DNA of 57,428 bases, filler included, from Platydemus manokwari (taxonomy: Eukaryota): assembly GCA_037951405.1 (NCBI GenBank). It is 5 parts of 5 records of this genome, joined end to end, with 100 filler letters (N's around TTAATTAATTAA, not from the genome) between each part and the next. Parts side by side here need not be neighbours in the genome. Positions count along the whole stretch, not along the records: positions 12,920 to 22,573 come from JBBMOY011221876.1; positions 22,674 to 35,320 come from JBBMOY010033347.1; 3 more parts are not named here. One strand, given 5' to 3'. How positions within the stretch are numbered: the first letter of the stretch is position 1; every line of letters starts with the position of its first letter. Both the position numbers and the translations under genes were made by a program. The notes beneath the pieces were generated by a model that worked only from the letters and a program-made list of their open reading frames with translations, did not search any database and was not told the origin of the DNA. Shown piece after piece: positions 14,009-25,600 of this stretch.

Positions 14009-15588
14009 TTTTGGTGTATTTTTTGTTGTTTTTGAAGCAGATGAAGATCGAACATTGACTGATTTATTCGAATTGCTTCCGGCACTGGAAGTATCCTGGT
14101 TGACACTGGTAGAAGTGTTGATTTCGTCTGGATGATGATAATTGTTACAATGGCAATTAGATCAATGTGATTTACCTTTACGATCTGATAATTCTTTGGA
14201 ACTATTCTGATGTGGAGGAATAGAGCCATTCATATAAATGTCGGAATTGTTTCCGGAATATGGAGATTGTGAACCTCTCGACACAAATGGGCTATGAACA
14301 TTATATGGACGATTTTGATGCATAACACCACTGGGAGGAGGATAACCGTAACCGGGACCTGGGCTAGATGTTTGAATATAATTTGGATAATTAATTGTTG
14401 GCGGACGAGCCATTGAACTTGACATCATTGCATTATTATTAGGATTAATATAATTGTGAGTATTATTTGATTGTTGGGGATTTGTGTAACGAAATTGCGA
14501 ATAATATGCCGAATTTGGATGCATCATCATATGGCTATAAATCGAGTTGTCATATCCCACAGACGACGGCTGTACTTTCATTTGAGCTGAATTGAAATAC
14601 AACATTTTAATTTTCAACTCCGTTTATTTCAAAATATATTTATTTTACATTGGTTGACTTTATTTTCATAAGCATAATTAGGTCCATTATGCATATCACT
14701 TTTATCTGATGTTGAAGAATCTGTACAAGACGTATTTAAATGGAAACCAATATTAACATTTGAATCTGATTTTGACGTATTACAATCAGACGATTCGATG
14801 GAATTTTGTTTATCAGATTTATTCTAAAAATTGAATAAAAAACTAAATTAAAATTTGAATTAAAATATAGCAATAAAACAGATTTTATTTTAAAGTAAAC
14901 AATTTTAAATAAGAATATAATTTAAACAAATAATTTAAAAAGCCATGAAATTTACCTCGACATCGATTTTGTTCATATTATCCTTGTTATTGGAATCCAA
15001 TGGACTAATGGGTTCATTTTTTAGTTTCCAATCTGAAATATTTGACTTTGACTTATCTAAGTCATTATTTTGATAGCTTCTATTTTCTGATTTATAGTTA
15101 CTATTCCCTTGTATATCACTTGCCATCATATTATATTCAACATGCTTAATTTTATCAACTTTGGAATAGGTAACATCATTCGTATTTTGGGGATATGAAT
15201 CTTGATATTGTGAATAATACATACGCTAAATCAATTAAACATAACGTTTCGATATCAATGAACCATCACTTACAGCTGATTCTGCTTGAGATCTTGATAA
15301 ATTCCAATTATTTTCATAATTTCTATAATTTGCATGATAATTAGTTGAAATAGGTGGACGTAAAGGCAAATTGGAATAAGGCCCATACTGATTATTTTGC
15401 AAAAGTTGGTTAAGAGATGAAGGTTGATTTTGATATTGATAAGCTTGTTTATCTTCATAATGACTATATATAGCAGGTGATAAGACTCCAGCTTCATTTG
15501 AATTTTCACCAAAGTTATGGACACCTTCTGTTGACATGTGATTTGGCGATTGTAAATTTGCTGTTGATCCTGAGTTTGAATATTCCAT
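14009..15588 (-). CDS. N/Q/S/Y/P-rich low-complexity protein, 3'-incomplete (exons 15588-15274, 15225-14956, 14823-14649, 14586-14176, 14127-14009)
   Basis: Five exons join in frame through GT-AG introns of 48, 132, 62 and 48 nt. No folded domain recognised. Downstream exons were not found, and gaps lie at about 12.8 and 13.3 kb. Confidence 0.7.
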
Positions 15589-16911
15589 TTAAATAAAAAT
15601 TCCAATTGATATCGATTGTTGAGTGCTAGAGTAAATGGAGAAGAAATTTGAAATTGAGTTTTATAAATTTACAATAAGAGCTCCTAAATAAAAAATATAC
15701 AAGAATTCAGAAGCTCATAGTAAAACTCAATTTTGCACACATTGAATTAAATAGCATACCACAAAGTTAGACTGAACGTAATTTCTAAAGTAGGAACACA
15801 AAGCGATTTTGAAAAATCCACTAGACGATTATAAACCTTGAAATAACGATGTCATAAGTGATTTTGCTTAATATATATCGTTATTAAATAAATCCAAAAA
15901 GTTAATTGAGATGAATATATTTAAGTGAATATTTTTAAAACCTGTATTTAAATGACTTAAAAAATAATTTTTCCATAGATATGAATATATGGAAAATTAT
16001 AATAATATTATTTTTAAATCTATATAGTGCAACTTAGAAATTCAAGAGAAGCATGCAAAATATTAAGTGAAATGCCGCATCAATAATGATTTATTGACTG
16101 TTAGTGTGTGGTAATTACTCTAAGAAATTCATAAATTGAAATGTTAATACCTTTAAAAAAAGGCAATTGTTTAAAGGTTTTACAAAAGAAAATTGTTAAA
16201 TATGTCATATTATTAAATATTTTTTAAATAAATCACTCAATACTTAGTTCCCCATTTAAAAATAGTGATTTTATTTTAATTAAAAATTAATAAAATTAAG
16301 CTACTTAACATTGTAGTTGTTCGTGCGACAACACACTGAATCAACTGTCGCCTGCTAAATTCTTCATAAAGTAAGCGCATGATATCTTGTCCGTTCTCTC
16401 ATTACCATTCCGGCCTGCAGTTTTTGCAAAACCTATTTACGAGCCTAGCTAGCTCTTTTTATGTTTTATGCACGGGTTGAAGCTTAGCTTATTTGCGCGC
16501 ACTACTGCCTTACATGGTAAAAATTTTCAGTAGATTCTGTTCAACATAAAACTGTTTTCAGATGCTAAAATAAGTAGTATTGCTTTATTAGTAGCTAGTT
16601 AAAAGAAAAATTATTTTTATTCTAAAGCTATATTTAAATTTTAACATTAAACACTAAAGGGGAAATCTGAAGTTGAATTTGCAGTGGTGAGTTGTTGCTT
16701 AAAATAATATCGTCGAGGAGCCAATAAAATTAGAGATTTTAATTTCGTTTATAATCAATTAATTAATTTCAAATGATAATTTTTTCACTAGAAAATCTTT
16801 TGTCCAAATATCGACGTAAAAATTGACTTTTTCCAGAATTTTATAAAATAAACACGATGACAAAAAAAAATCAATCAAAAGCCAGATAAATATTTATTAA
16901 ACTCATAACAC

Positions 16912-18085
16912 CTATGACAAACAATCAGTTGAGCCTATGTTGTTATTATCACTATTTGAACTATCTCTATACATGTACGAATGCATTGAAAGCGTTTTCA
17001 ACCAGGTGAGCATCGATTTTTCTTCGGTTTCGATTTTGAAAATGTGAGAATAGACGAATTTCTCGCGGAATTCTTCGATTTGCGTTTTGTATAAATTCCA
17101 ATCGATTGGTTTTCTTTCACCTTCGACAGCATATTTCTCATTATATGAATCATAATTCACTCTATCGAGCACTAAACCCAGTCCCGGAGCTTTCGGTATG
17201 TCAACCTGTTAATATTTATCGTATTATAATGATCGCGACAGAAAAATAATTTACCTTCATCAACTGAAAAACTCGATCAAACACAGTTTCATCACAGAAT
17301 CCACGGACAACTGCCATCGTTAAACCAATCATTTTCCTGATTTGATGGAGCATAAATGATTGACCATTGATGACAATTGAAACATATTCACAATCACCAT
17401 ACATGAAAGGCTGTTCACATTCAAGACTCATTAAATATCGCCTACAACTAGAATCGGTTGGTGCTCTTCCAGATGTGAAATTATGGAAGTTATGGGTACC
17501 TTTAAAGAAAGACAGGACTTTATTTACTTTATCTAAAGAATCATTATTCAGGCGAAATGAATATAGATTTTCATCATCAATTTCTTTTGGGGAGAAAGCA
17601 TAACTCGGGGTTATATAGCGATAGGTTCGATATTTGCATAAACCTTTGGCATGGAAACTTTTTGTGGTTCGAAAAACATCCAAAATACGAATTTGTGGCG
17701 GTAATTTTTCATTTATCATTTCAGCAGCATTTTCGGATTCAGATAACTTCACTGAACAAACTTGTCCAATAGCAGATACGCTCTTGTCAGTTTTCGACGC
17801 TCTCTGAAAACGCATTTTAACTGGTTGTTTGAAATTCTCTTCATCAATTAATTGTGCATCAAACATAGCCTGCAAAATATCACCTTCTATTGTTTTAAAA
17901 CCTTCGTTACGCTGCATTCCAAAATAACCCACACCAGAATACATCATCATCATTGCACACATTTTCTTACGCTGAGCACAGTTAATTTTAGATTTTTTCG
18001 AATCAATCAATGTTTCATTGTTATCTTCAACTTTTCTCTTCAACATATGGGATTGATCTATTATATCGTTAATCATTTCTGGCAT
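16912..18085 (-). CDS. PUS1: tRNA pseudouridine synthase 1 (TruA family); exons 18085-17255 and 17205-16912
   Basis: YSGVGYFGMQRN, catalytic RASKTDKSVSA, GTHNFHNFT, GQSFMLHQIRKMIG. A 49-nt intron restores VDIPKAPGLGLVLDRV. First ATG is 18085; the track start at 18109 is TTG. Confidence 0.95.
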
Positions 18086-18086
18086 T

Positions 18087-18320
18087 TTATTGATCAGATT
18101 TATCTTCAATAGTTTTTTTTAAATTTACAGCTTCAGAATATAATTTTCCTTCAAGTTTCTTTTGTGGTAGCAATGTGTTGTAATAATTGTAACTATTGTA
18201 AACTACTTTAGCGAGAAATCCTGTAGTTCCTAAGATTATAATTAAAACTGATAATTGATGTGCTTTATCTAAAATTCTATTTTTAAGAGATCTTTTAAAT
18301 TGCTGTTTGAAATTTTCCAT
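18087..18320 (-). CDS. COX14: Small single-TM protein resembling cytochrome c oxidase assembly factor COX14 (77 aa)
   Basis: RILDKAHQLSVLIIILGTT...YNSYNYY matches the Cox14 pattern R..D..HR..VL.L.GGT...Y (as in yeast Cox14), followed by a charged tail. Size and single TM fit. Confidence 0.65.
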   Translation of the reverse strand: MENFKQQFKRSLKNRILDKAHQLSVLIIILGTTGFLAKVVYNSYNYYNTLLPQKKLEGKLYSEAVNLKKTIEDKSDQ

Positions 18321-20722
18321 ATAACAAAAGGCGATTTTTGAGCAATATGTTCAATTTTTTAATTAAAAACAATAAGTTTACCTATTTTTAAATTAATTAG
18401 ATTTCTAATGGATATTTAAACAACAATGTGTGGTTTTCGAAATTTAATTTTATCTGAAGATTGCTTTTATCAATTGTCATGCAAAAATTTTACTAAAATT
18501 AAAAAAATAATAAATTCTATATCACGGATATTGAGTAATATTATTAACTTAACTACCGAGTAAATATAGAACGTATAAAAATCCAATCAGCTTTTTCCTA
18601 GTTATCATTGTTATATTCGATTTTATTTTATTATCATTAAAATAAATGAAAGATTGGAAAGGAAAGATAATAATAAACATCACGTGTTCAAGTAAACAGA
18701 TAAATAAGATGTCTGATTTGTGAAAAATTAATTTTATTTCGTTGAATGAATTCTATTAAGGTTGTCACTATGGAGCTAAACATAATCTAACATCCTCCTA
18801 ATATAAAGAAAACTGGTTTGAAGAAAAATTAGATTATAATTACCTTCTCATAGTTTAATTTAATGATATTCTAAAATAATTGCTTTGAATCACTTGTCTC
18901 ACATACTGATATTTTTCGAAGTTAAATCTGATAAAAATATTTAATAAAAATATGGAGTGGTTGTTGTTATTTTATATGGTTATTTTATGAGTTAATGAAT
19001 TTCTGATTATTTGAGGAAAACCATCGCTTATATGTAGATATGATTAAACAAAAAAATTCAAATAAAGTGAAATACAATTACCTACCTGCTAAAAAGCGAA
19101 GGCTTCTGATTATCCATACTTTTAGAAGCAATGTCTAAATTATAGAATAATTAATATAATTATTGCAAGGTTGTAATATGTTAATTACAGGTACTATTCG
19201 TTATTCAGATTTTGACATTCAGTAGTAATTTTATTGTAATACGTAAAAATGTAAATTTCAGAAATTTCTATTAGAATAGCTAGCATACTAGTGCTACATG
19301 GTAAACCACCTCACATCGTGAACAAACAAGAAGAATTACAGATAAAATTTGAAAACATATATATTCAATAATAAAAAATAACTTCACCAAGTTGTGTCGT
19401 CAGACTGCTCGAATAAATATGGCTGAAATATTGTAATAGTAAGTAGAGGTTTTCGGAAAAATATGAGTTGTAGAAAAGAATAAGTGGGATCTGGTAGTTG
19501 TATCTTGTATAATTTTGTCATCGAATTATATCTAGATACTATATATGAGTAGTGTTGATCCAAACGAACTTTCTAAGAACCTGCTCCCGATGTTTGGAAA
19601 ATGGTGGTTCAGTATATTTTATGATGGTTTATATACAAGATATTTCATTTCTTGGCTTACTTTTATTGTATTTGATTTTGTATTCATTATGATTATTTTT
19701 TTATAAAAACCATGTTTTATAGAGGCTTATTTGTATTTGTATTTTCAGAATTCAATGTGGTAATTTTGATTTCTTTTATTTAGTTTGCTCTGTGGTATGC
19801 CATAGTTTTAAGTAATAATTTTTGTTACTTTTTCACGACATTTTTGAATAGCCTTAATATTTGGTACAATGTTTTTTCTTCATTATAAACTTCATAATTT
19901 AGCCTTAATAACTTCCCTTTTTTATTTCATTTCCTCACCTTTTCTTTTTTTATTATTTTTTATGATTAATTTTTCATTATTGTCTTATTAAATCATTTGT
20001 TATTTTCTTTTTGTTATTTTTTCATAGTACTTTAACTAAAAATGAAAATACACTTGAAACTTCAAATTAATAATGCAAAAAGAAAATATTAAATCACATG
20101 ATAAAAGGAATACACAAATGAATATTATTAGGATATTTGTTAAGCAATTAAACGCTGTTAATTGTTAAAAAACTGTCATATAAAGTTAGAAGTTTTTTAT
20201 TATGGCTTTGAGCTACTGGTTTGTATCAATGATGTGTTAAGATGTTTTCGGAGATTATATCGATTTTATTTAAAGTGGGTATTTTGAATTACTCGTAAAT
20301 TATTTAGATCTGCACGTAAATTTGGAATTTAATCGAGATTGACTTAATAAAGCAGATGAGTTAAAATAGATATTTGATAGGAATAAAATCGGTATTCTGA
20401 TTTTGATAGAATAATTTAATTTTGATTTCCTGTTAATCATTGGGTTTTGATTATCATTTATAACTATGAGGACCGCTGTAGAAAAATAATTGCTACTGGT
20501 TATCCATAGATACTTTTGTATATTTATAAAAAGAGCATAAGCTATTTTTATACACCAATGTTTATGACTACTTATATTTTGGCTCATTATTGCCGCCAGT
20601 GCTTTAAAATCCCGCTTTGTGTACGTTTAGCCACAATATAGTAATCTTGGTTTTTGGATTATTTGATGAAATGGTCTCCAAATTGGTATATAAAAGAGAT
20701 AGCCATTTCCTACATTTATTTT

Positions 20723-20785
20723 AGTCCTATCTGTCTCTGAACTGCGGCACTGATGAGGAGCATGGAAGGCCGAAATAGCACACTA
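20723..20785 (+). ncRNA. Type III hammerhead ribozyme motif, copy 1 (intact core)
   Basis: AGTCCTA-TC (predicted cleavage after C20731) - TGTCTC tgaact GCGGCA (stem I) - CTGATGA (20750-20756) - GG..CC (stem II, only 2 bp left) - GAAA (20772-20775) - TAG pairing with CTA. Confidence 0.7.
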
Positions 20786-20852
20786 TTCGCATCGTATAAA
20801 CACCATCATCATCATTGCAGCTATCGTTCTTGAAGGCTCCTAGAAATCAACA

Positions 20853-20912
20853 AGTTCTATATATCTATGAACTGAGATTCTGAGGCGGCCCACAGAAGGC
20901 CACAATAGGACT
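20853..20912 (+). ncRNA. Type III hammerhead motif, copy 2 (core mutated, stems II/III intact)
   Basis: Repeat of copy 1 at exactly +130 nt: AGTTCTA-TA-TATCTA tgaact GAGATT-CTGAGGC-GGCC cacagaa GGCC-ACAA-TAGGACT. Confidence 0.6.
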
Positions 20913-21319
20913 AATTTTCAGCAAAAGGTAGTTTATTTATTTTTTGTTTTTAATATTTTGACCACTTAACAATACCAAAGTATACTAAGAAAATAATAAA
21001 AATTACTTCTTTTAAGGATATTCAAGCCGAAAGCCTATTAAATAATTGGAAATTTCTAGATCTACTGCTTTGAAGCAAACAGAAATTTGATGTTTTTGTG
21101 TACCCATTTCTTAATGATGTCAATCTTTTAAGTGATATTTCAATTTGTCTCACAAATGTTTCGTAATAGATGATAACCGATAAAATATCAATGGAAGAAT
21201 TATATAATAAAGTTATTGCAAGAGACGAAAAAATTAAAATGGTATGATTCAATTTGGGAATTTGATTTCAATGGATTATTTTCTAATGTTTAAACAAGAT
21301 TTTATACTTTGTGGGTTCC

Positions 21320-22240
21320 TTAAGAAAATGAAACCAAGATATGAATTCTAGACCAATGAAATCATATAAAAATGTTAGAAACAAAAGTTTTGAAATAAGA
21401 TATGTAGACGAAGTAACTCTATATCCTACAGTTCAATTTGCTTGTGAATACCAAATTGGACATCCTACTAAAATTATATATTCAGAAGACTTTTACAAAA
21501 GTGGCTTAGTTTCATAAAATGTAGAATGTTATCATCGGGAAGACTATTTCAATTTTTAATTTTATTAAAGTCTAAACAAAAGTAGTTGTTTAATTCTTGA
21601 AGAACTTATTTGAGCGAAATAGGTGATATCATAATTTGAATGTTTTAAAAAAGTTTCAACAACAGAAGCAAAACAAAACGGTAAAAAGCATTACTTGAAA
21701 TGTGAAGAATATAGAAATGCAAAATGTGAACACGTGGAACAGCAAATATTTGTTGCTGGAGAGCGGACAATGGCAAGAATTACTGTTCTTTTATGTTTAC
21801 ATCATCAAATAAAAGAAGTTTTTGAAGTAAATCATCTTGAAGAAAAACCAAAAGATTTATTCAAGGAATACATTAAAAATGCTATAAAATAAAATATGAA
21901 ACTTTCTGTTGTCCATACTAAATGAAAGTAAAATGAGTGTAACGACTTGAATTGCAGAATTAAGCTCAAACATATTGAAAATACAAAAAAAAACATTTGG
22001 AATAGATTTAGATGTTAATAAAATAGTTAAGACTAAAGATCTGATATATATCGGAATATGTACAGATATATTTCTGAATAATTGATTGGAACATTTTGGT
22101 GTGAGAAAAAATTTGAAAAAATCTACATATTTCTATGACACAAGAACACATAAAATTATTTTTAATGGTAAATATAAAGATGTATTCCAATTTGTTTTTA
22201 AATGAAGAATTTATATTACAAGGGTATAAAAAGCCACATA
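21320..22240 (+). mobile_element. Maverick/Polinton protein-primed DNA polymerase B relic (pseudogenised)
   Basis: Collinear motifs: EIRYVDEVTLYPTVQFACEYQIGHPTKI (motif A DxxSLYP...YPxGHP, from 21392), FIKCRML, KCEH...EVFEVNHLEEKPKDLFKEYIK, GIDLDVNKI...FLNN*LEHFGVRKN (degenerate motif B). Contains stops and frameshifts. Confidence 0.8.
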
Positions 22241-22673
22241 AAAATACAAGTATTTATGTAGCTATATTTAAAACAACTTATGTTAGAAGAATATAAATTC
22301 TTGATAAGAGTATATGTATATATTTCTAAAGCATATCGTTATTGTATCTGTTACTGTGATTATAACTTATGCATGCTATATCTGTAACTATTGTCTTATA
22401 TAGGCATCGGTGAGTTACTCGTAAATATTATCTACGATTATTATTCAGTGCTTTATTAGGCTGAGTCAAAAGTTATTCATGTTTTTTAGTTCTTTTAAGT
22501 TTTTGTTTTACCAAATCATTTAAACATAACATAGCTACGCAACATTTGGTACCATTTAAAAGCTCTTGAAAAGNNNNNNNNNNNNNNNNNNNNNNNNNNN
22601 NNNNNNNNNNNNNNNNNTTAATTAATTAANNNNNNNNNNNNNNNNNNNNNNNNNNNNNNNNNNNNNNNNNNNN

Positions 22674-25600
22674 CATAATACCGCTAGGGATGCTTTCCCA
22701 CGGTCCTTGATAAATGATATCATAATTATGGAGAATGAGAATATTATCTATGATACTATGCAGTTCATTTATTTCTGTAGACGTTATGATTATTGTACTA
22801 TTGTGAGACTTGGCTTTTTTCAAAAGAGTGACAACATTTTGTTGAGATTGTGTATCCAGATTGGCTAGAGGATCATCAACAATTATCAAACTAGGATATC
22901 CTATCACAGATAATCCCAAACAAACAAGTTTTGTGGTTAAAAGAGATAATTTTCCAATTAATATATGGGAATCTTTTATCAAATTTAATTCTTTCATCAC
23001 GGAATTTGTGATTGATTTTATTTTCTTTGAACTGAGACAGCGAATATTTGCCAACAATGCAAATAATTCTTCAACAGTTAATTCATCAAATAAAGTCGGA
23101 TATTGGGAGCAATAAGAAATAAATGTATTTTGTTTTCTCTCAAGACAATTGAATAATGCGGTTTCATTGTAATTAATACTTCCCAACTTTGGTTTCCTAT
23201 AACCGAGAATCAGCTCTACTAATGCCGTTTTACCGGAACTGTTAGATCCTAGTATCAAAGACACTGAAGTTTCAGCAATATTCCAATTAAATTTCTCGAA
23301 GCCTTTTGAAAAATTAGTGTTGGAATAGCAGAGATTTTGAATTGATATTAAATTCTGTTTAGCGACAAACTCCACATTACTCATTGTGAAGTTTGATTTT
23401 ATCGCGACTTTCCGTGATTGGAAAAGTTTAAAATAAATTGGTGATCTGATATGATTACTAATTAACAAAATAGCCAAACAAAAAACCCACTGAATAAATA
23501 AAATAAGAATTATAAATCCAACTGAATATCCAAGTTTTGATTCCGACATCACTTTATATAAAAATCTATTTCCACACTGTTCATTAGTTAGACCAAATGA
23601 AGGATCATGCAAGTACGATGTTAGACCATTACTAAATGTTGAAGTTGGTATTAAAACAATCAAAAAAATAATCCATAAAATATTATTCATTTTACACTTG
23701 ATTTCAAACGTATAACCGTATTTCTTCAGATATTGTTTGTAGTATTTGATTGAGACAATGAATGAAAGAAAAACCACAGTTAAATCCGAAACGAGAAACC
23801 ACAAAATGATTGATGGACTAAAATTAAAAAGTTCGCCAATCAATGTTTTATAAACCAAATCGCAAAGTCCATACATGACCAGCAAAACGACAAAATAAAT
23901 AACGTTTTCATCTTGTGAAACTAATCCAAAATCGCTTAATAAATAAATAACTAAAATGATAAAACAGTTGAATATGATCAGAAGGAGAATATCTATCAAA
24001 TATTTTGGAAGAAAACAAAGAGTGTAATGATATGTTGCCAATTTAATAACTCTTTTACGATCTTTAAAACTGAACCTATGTCTTTGATTGAAAAGATTAT
24101 TCATAAACACTATAATAGCAAGATACATCAAATGTAGCACGATGTTCTTTTCAATCAAATATTCTGGTTTTTCATTTTCTGTCAGAACACCAATTGACAT
24201 GAAATAAATATTTACTGATTGAATAAAATAGTTCTGTATTTTTTCGAAAACCCCAGCTAAAATGTTTTCATAATTTGATAATAGAATCACTTTCAATGTT
24301 CTCGAATCCATCGATGAGAAATAAATGGCAACTTTTGTTGAATTCTTATATTCAATGGAATTATTACTTGCTAACATAAATAAATGATCGGTAAAATCTT
24401 GAAAACCGACATTATTAAGAATATTCATTGAATAATTGGAACCTAAAATATTGATGATATTTTTTACATCGACGGACGATTCAACAGTTTTTGAAATACC
24501 AAAAGAAACATCATAGATGGCATCCGGGTAGTCATGGAAATGTGTGGAATGCCTATAGTCTACCAATTCCAATGCAGTGAATAACAAAACGGTTAATATC
24601 GGTGCTACAATGGATAATGTTGTCTGGTTTTTAAATCGATATAAACCAGCTAATTGGGCCATGACGAGTATAATAAGCTGGTTAACATATATTCTGCTAA
24701 ATGTTTTCTTCTTCAGATGAATTTGGCTTAACAGTACTAACGATCTTGTTCTAACTTTGTTTTGCTTAACATCAGTTTCTTTGATTATGGATTTTCTATA
24801 TTTATTATAAATTTGATGAAAATAGAAATTAAAATCCATCCGAGTAATTTTTACCGCGACGATTCCACATCTCACAGAATTATGATTTATATCGTTCAAA
24901 ATATTTTCTAATTTGTCTGTTAAACTCTTCGGAATTTGAAATTGAATTTTGAGATTTATTGTTCCTTGATAAATGATTTCTGGATAGAATGATTTTATGA
25001 ACATGATAATACTGTAGTTTCCAGCATTTTCTTCTGTATAGATAGTTAGCCTGTAACCCATCCGATTCTCTTTTCGTAGACATAATAACCTTGATTGGAA
25101 TATGAGTCTTCCATCAATCATTAATATTATTTTGTCAGCACAAGTTTCTACGTTGCAAGCCATACTTGTTGTAACAATTATCGATTGATCTTTTTTCCGT
25201 TCTTTTAGCAGGAAATTGACATTAGTTTGAGCTTTATAATCAAGCCCTAAATAAGGTTCATCAAGAAGAACTATTGGGGAATCAAGTAAGAAAACACCTA
25301 ATATTTGAGTAAGTCGAACAACAACCGGTGGTGACCTGGATAGTTTAATATTAAGAAAATCGTGTATATCCAAAATTTTGGTTAATTTCTCGATGGTAAA
25401 ATAACTGTTTTGATTGTTTTTCTTTTTGCCTTCAATGGACACAACAAGATTGAAATATTCCGCCATGGTCAAAAAATCAAATCTTAATTTATTATCATAA
25501 AGAACAGCGATTTTGGAAAATAATTTATGAAATTTTACATCGATTTTTTCGTTGTCAATAAAAAAGTAACCATTTGTCGGTTGAATGAGACCATTGAGAA

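Noticed and set aside
15223-15240. In-frame TAA and TAG between two ORFs, suggesting readthrough, recoding or a 15-nt intron
   Set aside because: Explained by a normal 48-nt GTAAGT...TAG intron (15273-15226).
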